Of a stretch of 64,000 nt of DNA, positions 48,305 through 61,680 are shown piece by piece. This stretch comes from Candidatus Micrarchaeia archaeon (lineage in GTDB: Archaea; Micrarchaeota; Micrarchaeia; CAILAH01). Under the pieces are notes generated by a model. That model saw nothing but the letters and a program-made list of their open reading frames with translations, searched no databases and was not told the origin of the DNA. Numbering within the stretch: position 1 is the first letter of the stretch; the number at the start of each line of letters is the position of its first letter. The stretch lies in contig JAVZCB010000004.1 in NCBI GenBank assembly GCA_038874595.1, positions 65,061-129,060 of the forward strand. The letters are read 5' to 3'. A program made the position numbers and the translations under genes.

Positions 48305-48730
48305 TTACCTCTTTGTCTTCTGCTTCTTACCTTTCCTTAACTCGCTCAGAGGTATACCATTTACTGCAATAGTCTTGTACCTAACACCTGATATTGAGCC
48401 CATCTGCCCTTTCTGTGACCCCCCAAGGCCAACAACAGTAACTTCATCGTGCTCATCTATAAAGCTGATGGCCTTGTCGCGCGGCACGTGTGCAGTTACA
48501 ACACGGCCGTTCTTCCTAAGCTGCACCCTTATGCACTTGATAAGGCCGGAGTGCGGCTGTTTTTGCTCAATCACCCTTTTTTCAAGAACTATACCATTGC
48601 CCATAGGGGCACCTTCAAGCGCATCATACTTGTGCTTTATATACTTTGCCGCCAATGACTTCTTCTTAAGCCTTCTTTTGTTGCGCTGCTTCTTCAAAAT
48701 CCTTGCAGCATTTTCTCCTCTTGCCAACAT
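48305..48730 (-). CDS. rps12: 30S ribosomal protein S12 (uS12)
   Basis: GIVLEK, KQPHS, RVQL-x-KNG and IDEHDEV. Confidence 0.96.
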   Translation of the reverse strand: MLARGENAARILKKQRNKRRLKKKSLAAKYIKHKYDALEGAPMGNGIVLEKRVIEQKQPHSGLIKCIRVQLRKNGRVVTAHVPRDKAISFIDEHDEVTVVGLGGSQKGQMGSISGVRYKTIAVNGIPLSELRKGKKQKTKR

Positions 48731-48738
48731 ATCACCTT

Positions 48739-49152
48739 CTACTGTGTTTGAAGCTTTAGCTCCTTCCCAAATATCCTGCTGAAAAGCTCGCGGGCAAACG
48801 TAACGACGATGCCGCGCTTCATCGAATACTTGTCGGAAGCGTTTAATTTAACATAGATAACCTTTTTATTATTTCTCTCTTGCTCCTGAAGCTGTGGTGA
48901 CTCAACATTAAGGGATTTCTTCACAAACTCCTCCTCATCCTCAGGCTGCTCAAACAGGAAGACATTCCTATTTATCTTGCTGCGGAGGCGCTGCATATTG
49001 GACCCGCCTTTCCCAATCGCTTTGCCCATAAGGCCGCGCGGGACCATAAAAGCCACACCTTCCTCTGCAATTATGCAGTCCAGCGACTCTACACCTGTTG
49101 CATCATAAAACATGCGCATGCAAATGAGCTCATCGTTTGATATCTTTTGCAA
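48739..49152 (-). CDS. nusA: Archaeal NusA (KH domain)
   Basis: GKAIGKGGSN KH motif; conserved position in the cluster. Confidence 0.88.
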   Translation of the reverse strand: MQKISNDELICMRMFYDATGVESLDCIIAEEGVAFMVPRGLMGKAIGKGGSNMQRLRSKINRNVFLFEQPEDEEEFVKKSLNVESPQLQEQERNNKKVIYVKLNASDKYSMKRGIVVTFARELFSRIFGKELKLQTQ

Positions 49153-49470
49153 CTATTCACCTTTTTTAACAAGAGAAAGTATATCCGAATCCCCCTCATC
49201 AACTACTGCCATTACAGATATGGGGTAAGGCTTTCCACACAACCCTCCCAAGTCGCTTGATGTGCCCTCAAATACATAGTAGGGAATGCCTGCAAGCCTG
49301 GCTTTCTTCTCGATTGTAAGCTTAACATCTGAAGGAAGGTTCTGGGCAAGAACAACAAGCTTGCACTTGCCTGCGTGCAAAGAGCGCTGCGCCTCATTCT
49401 TACCTAGCAGAACTTCCCCTGTATCAACAGCCATCCGAATTGACTTCTGAACATCCATCATATCACCCAT
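49153..49470 (-). CDS. rpl30e: 50S ribosomal protein L30e
   Basis: AVDTG-x-V-x-LG, LGGLCGKPY and GDSDIL. Confidence 0.95.
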   Translation of the reverse strand: MGDMMDVQKSIRMAVDTGEVLLGKNEAQRSLHAGKCKLVVLAQNLPSDVKLTIEKKARLAGIPYYVFEGTSSDLGGLCGKPYPISVMAVVDEGDSDILSLVKKGE

Positions 49471-49475
49471 AAATA

Positions 49476-52990
<3,515 letters not shown>

Positions 52991-53003
52991 AGCATCACCT
53001 CAT

Positions 53004-54866
53004 TTATTTTCCCTTCTCGCCAACCTTGAGGCGCGGGAATATGCCGAGCGATTTTATTTCATCAAGCAGAAGCTTGAATGCGTAGCTCATCTCAATCTTC
53101 TCCATACGGGTGCTTTTGCACACCGGGCAATAATCACGGCGCTTCACGTAATCGTGCACACCGAGCGAGCCGCAGTTTGCACAAACAAGTGCGATCGTCT
53201 TGTCACTTTCCTCAAGCAGCCTTTCCTTAATAAGCTGGGATGCACCATACCCTATCAGGCAGTCGCGTTCCATCTCACCAAACCTGAGGCCACCTTCCCT
53301 TGCCTTACCCTCAGTAGGCTGGTGTGTGAGCAACTGCACGGGACCGCGGGAGCGCACGTGCATTTTGTTGCTTACAAGGTGGTGGAGCCGCTGGTAGTAT
53401 ATTACACCAATGAATATCTTTGCCTTGAGCTTCTCACCAGTTATCCCATCGTAAAGCTCCTCCTCACCGGCTTCATTGAACCCGTATTTCTTGAGCTCTG
53501 CACGCAAGTCCTCTTCCTTTTCACCTGAAAACATTGTACCGTCAACGAAACGCCCTGACAATGATGCAACTTTGCCGCCAAGCATTTCTAGGATGTGCCC
53601 AGCAGTTGTACGGCTCGGGATTGCGTGAGGATTAATCAAAAGATCAGGCACAATTCCATCCTTGGTAAACGGCAAATCCTCTTGCGGGCACAGGTAGCCC
53701 ACAACCCCTTTCTGCCCGTGCCTTGATGCAAACTTGTCACCAATCTCCGGAACCTTGAGCGAGCGCAGCTTGACTTTTACAAGCTTGTTGCCAGCCAGGC
53801 TTTCACTCAGCATTACTGAGTCTACCGTACCGTAATCTCCACCCTTTGCTGTGATTGAATTCTCCCTTCTTTTCTCTTCAGTGATACCAAAAGTTGCAAC
53901 CTCCTCCATAAATCTCGGTGGTGATACCTTGCCAATGAGAACATCACGCGGCTTTATGCTAACTTCTGGCATGATTATGCCATCTTCATCGAGGTTTTTG
54001 TACAGCTCCTCCTCCCTATACCCTACAATGTTGGGAGTCGGAATCATAAGCTTGTCTTTTTGGCCTCCAGGATATCTTCTCTCCTCGGTCTCATATGTTT
54101 TGTAGAATACAGAACGGCCGAGCGCACGGTCAATTGAGTTCTTGTTGAGCACAACTGCGTCGCTCATGTTATATCCATAATAACTCATTACTGCTACTAC
54201 AAAGTTCTGGCCTGCTGGCCTCTTGTCAAAGTTGAGCGCCCTATATGAAGATGTCTGCACCAGCGGGACCTGCGGGTAAAACTGGATGTGTGCACGTGAG
54301 TCTTGCCTGAAATTGAAATTCACCGAATAAAGCCCGAGCGATTGCTTCATCATTGAGGAAGCCATCGTGAGCCTTGGTGATGAGTTGTGGTCCGGGTACG
54401 GAAATGTTGATACAATCACACCTGTTATGCTTGAATTGTCTATCTCAAGATGCGTGTGGTCTTTGGTAAGCTCATCTTCCGTTGTTGCAATGTATGCAAG
54501 CGTTCCCTCCTCTTCAGCATCAAGGTATTCTATTATTCCCTTTGTGACAAGGTCGTTCCAGGAAAGCTCGTTAGCCTTAAGCTTCTCAAGGTGCTCTTTT
54601 GTAAGCATTGGCTTTCCATCTTTCACTATAATGTAGGGCTTGCGGATGCGACCGCCGCTCGTGTTCAGATGCACTTCACCTGAACCAGGCAGATATGAAA
54701 CGTTTAAGTTTGATGTGAGCTCACCATTCCTTCTTTTTGCAATTATCTCCTTTACGAGCTGTTCTGCATTATCATGAAATCCCATATACAAGCCGTTTAG
54801 ATATACTACAGCACGCTTGGATTTTTCTTTTGAGTGTTTTTCCGTATCCTTATGAGTGGCCATCAT
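53004..54866 (-). CDS. rpoB1: RNA polymerase subunit B' (Rpo2 C-terminal part)
   Basis: GDKFASRHGQKG and GGLRFGEMERD. Confidence 0.97.
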   Translation of the reverse strand: MMATHKDTEKHSKEKSKRAVVYLNGLYMGFHDNAEQLVKEIIAKRRNGELTSNLNVSYLPGSGEVHLNTSGGRIRKPYIIVKDGKPMLTKEHLEKLKANELSWNDLVTKGIIEYLDAEEEGTLAYIATTEDELTKDHTHLEIDNSSITGVIVSTFPYPDHNSSPRLTMASSMMKQSLGLYSVNFNFRQDSRAHIQFYPQVPLVQTSSYRALNFDKRPAGQNFVVAVMSYYGYNMSDAVVLNKNSIDRALGRSVFYKTYETEERRYPGGQKDKLMIPTPNIVGYREEELYKNLDEDGIIMPEVSIKPRDVLIGKVSPPRFMEEVATFGITEEKRRENSITAKGGDYGTVDSVMLSESLAGNKLVKVKLRSLKVPEIGDKFASRHGQKGVVGYLCPQEDLPFTKDGIVPDLLINPHAIPSRTTAGHILEMLGGKVASLSGRFVDGTMFSGEKEEDLRAELKKYGFNEAGEEELYDGITGEKLKAKIFIGVIYYQRLHHLVSNKMHVRSRGPVQLLTHQPTEGKAREGGLRFGEMERDCLIGYGASQLIKERLLEESDKTIALVCANCGSLGVHDYVKRRDYCPVCKSTRMEKIEMSYAFKLLLDEIKSLGIFPRLKVGEKGK

Positions 54867-54871
54867 ATCAC

Positions 54872-56344
54872 CTATTCTTTCTCCTTAACACCCTGTGCCC
54901 TAATCAGCCTTATCACCGCACTGTCGTCCACAGCAGCTGTTGGTAAGGACACTTCGGTCATCAGTGCATAATTCTTTACGAGCGAACAGCTCGGGCCTTC
55001 AGGTGTTTCTGCAATACAAACTTTGCCCCAATGTGTCCCGTGAAGGTCCCTCGCCTTGAAATGCGGATGTCTCCTGCTGAGCGGTGAAATCAGTCTTCTA
55101 AGGTGTGAGTTTGATGCAAAAAAGTTCGTCCTGTCAAGCATCTGTGAAACACCAGATTGGCCGGCAATCCAGTTGCCGGTGGCAAGTGCGTATTTTATCC
55201 TATCAGTAAGTGCATCTGGGCGAATCGCCGTTTTTGCTGTTATGCGCCTTCCACGCGCAACACTGCGCTCAACCTGGTATGTCACATCCTTTATCAGGAA
55301 CTGGAATGCATACCTGAACAGGTCCTGCATTAATTCACCTGCAAGCTTCACCCTCTTATTCATGTAATGGTCCCTGTCATCAGAGGAGGATTTCCCATTG
55401 GAAACCATAATCACCCTCTCAAGCATCCCAATCAAGTACTGCGCCTTTAAGATGCGTGCATCCGGCTCTGTCCCAAGATGCGGCAGCAAATAAGTGTCGA
55501 CAAGAATCTCTGCCCTCTTGAGCCTGAAATCCTTCGCCTGGCCGGGTGCAGCTTTCCTGCCAATAAGGTCAAGTGCTTCCTCGTAAGACTTCGCCTGGTC
55601 AAGCTCAATGTTATATAGTATATCCGAGCGAATAGAGGGGTTGTCAGAGAATGCTTCAAGGAGCTCCTTATCACTCTTAAAGCCGAGAACGCGCAAGAAA
55701 GGTATCACTGGCATTGATGGCGGTGCTGCCGGGAATGTAAGCTGCAGCTTGCCATCCTTTGTGCGCTCAACACTGCAACGTGCCCTGAATCCAAACTTGG
55801 TTGAGAACACCTTCGCGGTTACAATACCTTTTGCTGAATCCTTGCCCACGATGACACGATTCGGCACAAGGTCTTCAAGTGAAATAAGCACCTTCTCAGT
55901 ACCATTAACTATAAAGTAACCGCCTGGGTCAAGCGGGTCCTCACCCATATCTATAAGCTCGTTCTTGCCAAGGCCGTAGAGATGGCACGGCTTTGATTTA
56001 ACCATTATGGGAAGCTCACCAATGAATACCTCCTCCTGCTCCCTTTCAATCCCGCTTATTGTAGGCGTGATTTCAAGATAAATCGGTGATGCATACGTTA
56101 AGTTGCGCATCCTTGCCTCCATAGGGGTAATCAGGCGCCTGGAGCCGTCAGCTTCCTGCACCATCGGCTGCTCAATCCTGATGTTGCCTAGCTTGAATGA
56201 GTATCCCTCTATGCCTGGCTCGATAGTGCCAATTGAGCGAATCACTTCCCTCAAACCGTGATCGCAAAAGCGGTTAAAGGACTCAATATGCTGGTGCGAA
56301 GGAGGGTTTGCCCTAACATAAACTGGAAGAAGCTCTTCTTTCAT
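54872..56344 (-). CDS. rpoB2: RNA polymerase subunit B'' (Rpo2 N-terminal part)
   Basis: DPGGYFIVNG, DDRDHY-x-NKR and ETPEG-x-x-C-x-LVKN. Confidence 0.96.
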   Translation of the reverse strand: MKEELLPVYVRANPPSHQHIESFNRFCDHGLREVIRSIGTIEPGIEGYSFKLGNIRIEQPMVQEADGSRRLITPMEARMRNLTYASPIYLEITPTISGIEREQEEVFIGELPIMVKSKPCHLYGLGKNELIDMGEDPLDPGGYFIVNGTEKVLISLEDLVPNRVIVGKDSAKGIVTAKVFSTKFGFRARCSVERTKDGKLQLTFPAAPPSMPVIPFLRVLGFKSDKELLEAFSDNPSIRSDILYNIELDQAKSYEEALDLIGRKAAPGQAKDFRLKRAEILVDTYLLPHLGTEPDARILKAQYLIGMLERVIMVSNGKSSSDDRDHYMNKRVKLAGELMQDLFRYAFQFLIKDVTYQVERSVARGRRITAKTAIRPDALTDRIKYALATGNWIAGQSGVSQMLDRTNFFASNSHLRRLISPLSRRHPHFKARDLHGTHWGKVCIAETPEGPSCSLVKNYALMTEVSLPTAAVDDSAVIRLIRAQGVKEKE

Positions 56345-56363
56345 AAGTCACACCCGTAAAGCA

Positions 56364-56609
56364 TCAAACTACCACTCGGTAGTATACTGCCTCCCCCGTC
56401 GGCTCTTTCCGTAGAATGCGAATTACATCACCGCGCTTTGCCTTTAATGCTTTAACACAAGGGTCGTTTGGGAGAATCTTTGGCAGCCTGTCCTTTGATT
56501 CCACCCGAAGCTCAGCTAAAACCGCCTCAACTTCAGAATCAGGCACAATTTCGTGCTTGGGAACAAGGACATGGTCAAATACTGAAAACTGCTCCTTTTT
56601 CTTGCTCAA
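56364..56609 (-). CDS. rpoH: RNA polymerase subunit H (Rpo5)
   Basis: HVLVPKHEI, LPKI-x-x-x-DP and YYRVV. Confidence 0.95.
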   Translation of the reverse strand: MSKKKEQFSVFDHVLVPKHEIVPDSEVEAVLAELRVESKDRLPKILPNDPCVKALKAKRGDVIRILRKEPTGEAVYYRVVV

Positions 56610-56734
56610 GAAGTACCACCGGTGTAGATGGTTATTTAAAATGTATTAAGTTTAAAAGAATAATGGAAAAACCCAAAAAACCAGGGTATTAGTTTATAAG
56701 CTTTTGTGCAAAATGGGCTTTTGGTTTTTAAGCA

Positions 56735-59113
56735 CTATAGCCAATCTGCAAGCCCCTGCTGCCTTTTTCCGGATTTGAGGAGGTCACCTGTGTAGCCAAG
56801 CTCTCCAAGAATCCCTTCTACAACCGGTATGATTTGGTTGTTTACGTAATAATCTGCATCATAATCCCCCTCCTCGACATACTCCTCAAGCTCGGCCTTC
56901 TCCGAAATGCTCTTGCCTTTTGAGGTTATTATATAACCAACCATCATCCCTTCCCCGATATCTTTACCGCGCTCACGCGCCTTGATTGCAGCTGACACCT
57001 CCGGCCCTTTTGCCTTGTACTCACCAAGGTCTTTTCGGAGCAGTGTGTAAATAACAAGCTTTTCCTTTGGGACTTTTTTGTCGCGTAACTCCTGTATCAC
57101 CTGGTTTACTATCTGAATGGCCTTATCCAAGTCCCCCTCCCTTAAAATCATTTCCAGTACACGGCGCTGTGTTTCACCTGCAATCTGAGACCAATCGCGG
57201 CGGACAAGCTCAAATCCCCTTATCTTTATCCTGCCGCTGCGGGAGAGCAGCGCATACTTCTTTTTTGCGCCTGATAAGCCCGATTTCTTTGAGACGAATA
57301 TACCACGCGTATAGTAATCCTCAAGCTCAAGCTCCATACCCTCAGGAAGAGATTTGTTTACGCTCTCCATAAACGAAATCGCATCTTTTTCTGATTTGGT
57401 GTCAAGTAGTATGAACAGGCTGTCCGTGTCTGCGTAAAGGACATTAAACCCTTCCTTCTCTGCCCGTGATATCACATCCTGTATGTAAAAACGCTCCCAC
57501 GCAGTGGTGGCGGCAGCGCATTCCCGGCAGTACCATCGTGCGCGTACATTACGGAGCATGCCATAAAACGTGTTAGCAATGATCTTAAATGCATACTGCC
57601 TGGCATACGCATACATATACTCCTCTGAACCTTTTTCAAGAGATTTCATTTGCCGTTTCAGGGATGCACGGTGCTCAAGCAGATGGGAAAGCACATCTGG
57701 GATGAGACCGCGTTGCTTTGAGCAGAAACGCGAGCCGTCAGGTGCAACGTATGCCTCCTGTGCAGTACAACAGCCGCAGTTAAGGGTCTCAGGAGAAATG
57801 TTATGCGCAACAATTATGCTCGGGTACAGGCTCCGGAAGTCAAACACAATTATATCCCTGTAAACACCTGGTGTTGGCACTTTTACGTAAGCCCCCTCTA
57901 TGGGCTCATCTTCACGTGCGAGCAGCTCGCTCTCACGAGGGCGGTTCGGTGCTATTATGTTGCGTGCGTGCGCCTCTTTCAAAAGGACATAGTCCACTAG
58001 CTGGCCCGTTGTTGATGAAACCGCATCACTAACAGTTATAGAAGCAATGCGCGCAATCTCAATGAAAATCGGTAGGAATTTTGCCCCGAGCCGATATGTT
58101 GCAAATGCGTCATCAAGAGAATATTCTATCAGGCGCTCACGCTCATCTGCAACATTCCACATCTTCCATATGTCCATTTTGCTTACCATTTTCTTCTCTT
58201 CACCGAACACCTCACGGTAGACGTCACTAAGCGAGTATGTGTTTGTCTTTAGTGCACCTATAGTTGCAAGAAACCGTATCATATGAAAAACATCAATGTG
58301 CAAGCGACCATTTATTGAGGCTGTCGAGAAAAATGCCTGCCTCTTGAGCGTGAATGATGAGTTGTCACGGCCAAGTGCAAGTTGGGTGCGCAGTGCTTGT
58401 GCGCGGTCCCGCATATACGGCAGGTCAAAATCTGAGGAGTTGTAGCCGAAAAGAACATCTATATTGTTATCACGGATAAGCCTGCAAAAATGGTCAAGCA
58501 TCTCCTTCTCATCTTTCACCTTCGTAACGTGCCTGTTCCCTGAATCACCATAAGTAATAACACCTGTGCGCTTCCCATCAGAATAGCTTACCATCAATAT
58601 TGGGTCTTCCTTTGGGCGCGGCATCCCTGTTGGGTTATATGTCTCTATATCAAATGAAAGAATGTTAAGAGGCCGCATCTCATCGACACAGCTATTTACT
58701 TCAACATATGTGTCATCAAGCTCCGTATAATCAATCAAAGTAAACACGCGAATGCCAGTATCAATCAAAAACCTGCGGACGAATGGGATATCAAACTCAT
58801 AGCATTTGCCAAACTTGTCAAACAGCTGCCTTAGCTTCTGCGTATCTGCCGGGTTATAGCAGGTTATTTTGTATACATCCGTTTCTTTTGTGCCCAAACG
58901 CATCTTTACTTTATCAATTGATTTTATCTGGGGCACATCACTAAGCTCTTTCTCGAGAGCCCCTACAAAATAAAAGTATGGGCTGAACCGGACATTCTTG
59001 AAGAAAACCTTCCCGTTACTCCTGAGTATAAGACGGATTGATGCAACCTCTACACCGCTCTCAAGACGTGTGTCTACTACATAATCAACATCAAGAAGAA
59101 ATGCCCGGGGCAT
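56735..59113 (-). CDS. polB: Family B DNA polymerase
   Basis: Exo DIETY and YNSSDFD; polymerase DFRSLYPSII, KIIANTFYG, YADTDS and KKKYA; no intein. Confidence 0.96.
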   Translation of the reverse strand: MPRAFLLDVDYVVDTRLESGVEVASIRLILRSNGKVFFKNVRFSPYFYFVGALEKELSDVPQIKSIDKVKMRLGTKETDVYKITCYNPADTQKLRQLFDKFGKCYEFDIPFVRRFLIDTGIRVFTLIDYTELDDTYVEVNSCVDEMRPLNILSFDIETYNPTGMPRPKEDPILMVSYSDGKRTGVITYGDSGNRHVTKVKDEKEMLDHFCRLIRDNNIDVLFGYNSSDFDLPYMRDRAQALRTQLALGRDNSSFTLKRQAFFSTASINGRLHIDVFHMIRFLATIGALKTNTYSLSDVYREVFGEEKKMVSKMDIWKMWNVADERERLIEYSLDDAFATYRLGAKFLPIFIEIARIASITVSDAVSSTTGQLVDYVLLKEAHARNIIAPNRPRESELLAREDEPIEGAYVKVPTPGVYRDIIVFDFRSLYPSIIVAHNISPETLNCGCCTAQEAYVAPDGSRFCSKQRGLIPDVLSHLLEHRASLKRQMKSLEKGSEEYMYAYARQYAFKIIANTFYGMLRNVRARWYCRECAAATTAWERFYIQDVISRAEKEGFNVLYADTDSLFILLDTKSEKDAISFMESVNKSLPEGMELELEDYYTRGIFVSKKSGLSGAKKKYALLSRSGRIKIRGFELVRRDWSQIAGETQRRVLEMILREGDLDKAIQIVNQVIQELRDKKVPKEKLVIYTLLRKDLGEYKAKGPEVSAAIKARERGKDIGEGMMVGYIITSKGKSISEKAELEEYVEEGDYDADYYVNNQIIPVVEGILGELGYTGDLLKSGKRQQGLADWL

Positions 59114-59141
59114 AAGTTAAAATGGGTAATAAAATTAATAA

Positions 59142-59720
59142 CTAATTGCTGCTGTTGCCCTTCTTCATGATTGCGATATCCTCAAGGCTTATGAACAGCT
59201 CTTCATCTTTTCTTGGAAGCGGTTTCTGCTTGGGTGCAGCCTCACGCCCCTCAAGGCGCTTCTTATACTCTGCACGCTTCTTCTTGCGCTCTTCCCTAAG
59301 CTTGATTAGGGATAATTTCATCTCATCCAGTTCGTTCTTCAGCGCCTCAATCTCGCCATCAAGGCCCTTAATACGCGAAAGTATCTTCTTGCGCTCTTCC
59401 TCGCGCTGCTGCGCCTGCTTTATCTCCTGCTCAAGGCCTTTTATCGCTTTCATAAAGGCGCGCTCCTTATCAAGAGTAAGCGCCTCTGTAGCAATCTTAA
59501 ACTCGAGTTGCTCCTTTTTCTTTGTAAGCGCCCGCACACCTACCTTATTCATGTTTTGCAGCTTTTCCCTGAGAGATTTTATCTCTTCTATCTTTGACAT
59601 CAGGGCCTGGCGCTTATCCCTCATCATAGTTGTAAGCTCAACAAAAACGTTTTTTCGCTCCTTCTGCGCCTCACTTGGCATATCCGCCGGCTGCTCTGAA
59701 TTTTTCTCTGTTACTTCCAT
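59142..59720 (-). CDS. Archaeal coiled-coil protein
   Basis: Highly charged heptads; LEFKIATEALTLDKER. Confidence 0.7.
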   Translation of the reverse strand: MEVTEKNSEQPADMPSEAQKERKNVFVELTTMMRDKRQALMSKIEEIKSLREKLQNMNKVGVRALTKKKEQLEFKIATEALTLDKERAFMKAIKGLEQEIKQAQQREEERKKILSRIKGLDGEIEALKNELDEMKLSLIKLREERKKKRAEYKKRLEGREAAPKQKPLPRKDEELFISLEDIAIMKKGNSSN

Positions 59721-59794
59721 CTAAAATGCACCGTAAAATGGATTGTATTTTTTGGGGGGGAAAGCTTTTTATACATTGCCTAATCTAAATATGC

Positions 59795-59910
59795 TGCCAA
59801 CGGCCATAGGGAGGAGGTCACACCCGGTCTCTTCTCGAACCCGGAAGTTAAGCTCCTCTACGGCGTTGCTGGTACTGCTCTTCGAGCGGGAAGGCGCGCT
59901 GCTGTTGGCA
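59795..59910 (+). rRNA. rrf: 5S rRNA (stand-alone)
   Basis: TGCCAACGGC/GCTGTTGGCA terminal helix; CCATA, CGAACCCGGAAGTTAAGC and GTACTG; TTTATA box about 25 nt upstream. Confidence 0.95.
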
Positions 59911-60014
59911 CTTTTATGCTTCTTGATTTTTGGCTGCTGTTTCACCGGCGGTAATATTTTGGTGAGCACCTCTCCAAATCAATGTTTATATTGTTAGAAT
60001 ACATATTATAGATA

Positions 60015-60707
60015 ATGCAAAAAGAACTGCATAAGCCACGTTACCTAACTCTACAAAAACCGAATATTACACTGGCCAATCACATTTTTAGGAAGGCAGG
60101 TATTTTGTTTAGTAAGAACGATCCGTCGCACGACGTCAACCACGCACAAAGAGTGCTCGCTCTGTGCCTGCACATCGCGAGAGGCGAGAAGAAAAAAGTC
60201 GACTTGCAGGTTCTTATACCCGCAGCCATACTTCATGATATTATTGTGTATCCAAAGAACGGGCCGAAGGCGCACCTATCAACAGAGCATAGCGCAGAAG
60301 TGGCAGAGAAGATTCTCCTTGAGCTGAAAGGATATCCTAAGGAAAAGATCGCAAATGTAAAGACTGCTATTACGCAGTGCTCGTTCTCCAAAGGCGTGGT
60401 ACCGAGATTATACGAGGCGAAAATACTCCAGGACGCAGACCGGCTTGAGGCTACAGGCGCTATCTCAATCATGAGGACGTTCTCATCGACAGGCTCAATG
60501 AAGAGGACTTTTTATAACACAGAGGACCCGTTCTGCGAGAAGAGAGAGCCAGACCCGGTTAATTATGCGCTTGACCTGTTTTATGCACGGCTTCTTAAGG
60601 TTGGAAAGATGATGCATACCAAAACCGCAAAGAAAATTGCTGCAAGAAGGACAAAGTTCCTGTATAAATTTCTGAATGAACTGAAAATGGAATTTGAAGG
60701 AAAATAA
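60015..60707 (+). CDS. HD-domain phosphohydrolase (YedJ-like)
   Basis: HD-x-x-H-x-x-RV, LHDI and QDADRLEA-x-GA. Confidence 0.88.
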   Translation: MQKELHKPRYLTLQKPNITLANHIFRKAGILFSKNDPSHDVNHAQRVLALCLHIARGEKKKVDLQVLIPAAILHDIIVYPKNGPKAHLSTEHSAEVAEKILLELKGYPKEKIANVKTAITQCSFSKGVVPRLYEAKILQDADRLEATGAISIMRTFSSTGSMKRTFYNTEDPFCEKREPDPVNYALDLFYARLLKVGKMMHTKTAKKIAARRTKFLYKFLNELKMEFEGK

Positions 60708-60744
60708 ACAAAACGGGAGATTGCATTTTTTTGTTCATTAAAAA

Positions 60745-61359
60745 TTATTCCGTAATCTCTTTCTTTACACTCAATAAAAGCCTCATATCTGAGTACATTG
60801 CATCCTTTGTTATACTAGCTAAGTTTATGGGTGGATTGCCGTCAAGACCAAAGTAATCGCATATCTCTGACAGTGCAGTGTCAAATGCAGTTTGTGAGAG
60901 GTATCTCCCTACAACTATCGGCTCAAGCTCAAGCAAAGCACAGTACGCCTTGCGAAGCACTGCCGGGCTTGCACGCCCATTGCTTAATGGCTCTATGGAC
61001 TTATGGCTTAAGCAAAGCACCTTCTTGATAAACTCAATCTCAAATTCCGTAAACTTAAGGGGCAGCTCGGCGTTTTTTATCTTGCGGTCTATTTTTCTCT
61101 GGATTAATCTCCAGTACTGCCTGCTGTCAGCCGACCTCATAATCATTGACACTGCTTCCTCGGCGCTTATGCCGTTTTGGAGCGCGCTGCGAGTTAAGCG
61201 CTTTATCTCAAATAAGTCCCCTTTTCCTTTAAAATGCTCTGCCAACTGCTGGCAGTAAGAGTTAAACGAGGTTTCAATAATCGGGCCTTTAACTTTAAAA
61301 TCGCCTGCTTTTGTATTGTTTTGCTCTGCTTTTTGTGTTATACGCTTTTGGTTTGCCAT
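60745..61359 (-). CDS. Hypothetical protein
   Basis: 204-aa ORF divergent from tRNA-Gln; no motif recognised. Confidence 0.6.
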   Translation of the reverse strand: MANQKRITQKAEQNNTKAGDFKVKGPIIETSFNSYCQQLAEHFKGKGDLFEIKRLTRSALQNGISAEEAVSMIMRSADSRQYWRLIQRKIDRKIKNAELPLKFTEFEIEFIKKVLCLSHKSIEPLSNGRASPAVLRKAYCALLELEPIVVGRYLSQTAFDTALSEICDYFGLDGNPPINLASITKDAMYSDMRLLLSVKKEITE

Positions 61360-61474
61360 AATGAATGAAGAGAGGCAATATTAAAATATGTTACGGTCTA
61401 GCGCTGAATATCTGCAAAACTTATGAGGGCCACACTAATAATTAAAAAGGATTATCCTCTAAATTAGCTGCAAT

Positions 61475-61653
61475 AGCCCCGTCGTCTAGCGGTCAAGGAT
61501 GGGAGGCTCTGGACGAAGGGAGCCAGCGCCCCCTTCGCAACCCCGGCTACCCGTAGCTGACTACGAAGGGAGCCAGCGCCCCCTTCGCAAAAAATACACA
61601 TAACACAAAAAAGGGGAAACCTCCAGACAGCGGTTCGAATCCGCTCGGGGCTA
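61475..61653 (+). tRNA. tRNA-Gln(CTG) with a 106-nt intron at 37/38 (61513-61618)
   Basis: Acceptor AGCCCCG/CGGGGCT+A, with the A1-U72 pair typical of archaeal tRNA-Gln; GGAGG-CTCTGG|A-CCTCC; AGCGG-TTCGAAT-CCGCT. Confidence 0.93.
61513..61590 (+). repeat. 28-bp exact direct repeat inside the tRNA-Gln intron (61513-61540 and 61563-61590)
   Basis: ACGAAGGGAGCCAGCGCCCCCTTCGCAA twice, separated by 22 nt. Confidence 0.95.
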
Positions 61654-61680
61654 CTGCTTATTTTTTGCTTGTAATTTTAA

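Noticed and set aside
56735-59113. Intein or inactivated PolB
   Set aside because: Normal length with exonuclease and polymerase catalytic motifs intact
61513-61590. Mini-CRISPR array
   Set aside because: Only two repeats, a short 22-nt self-complementary spacer, located inside a tRNA intron, and no cas genes in the window; kept as an unexplained repeat
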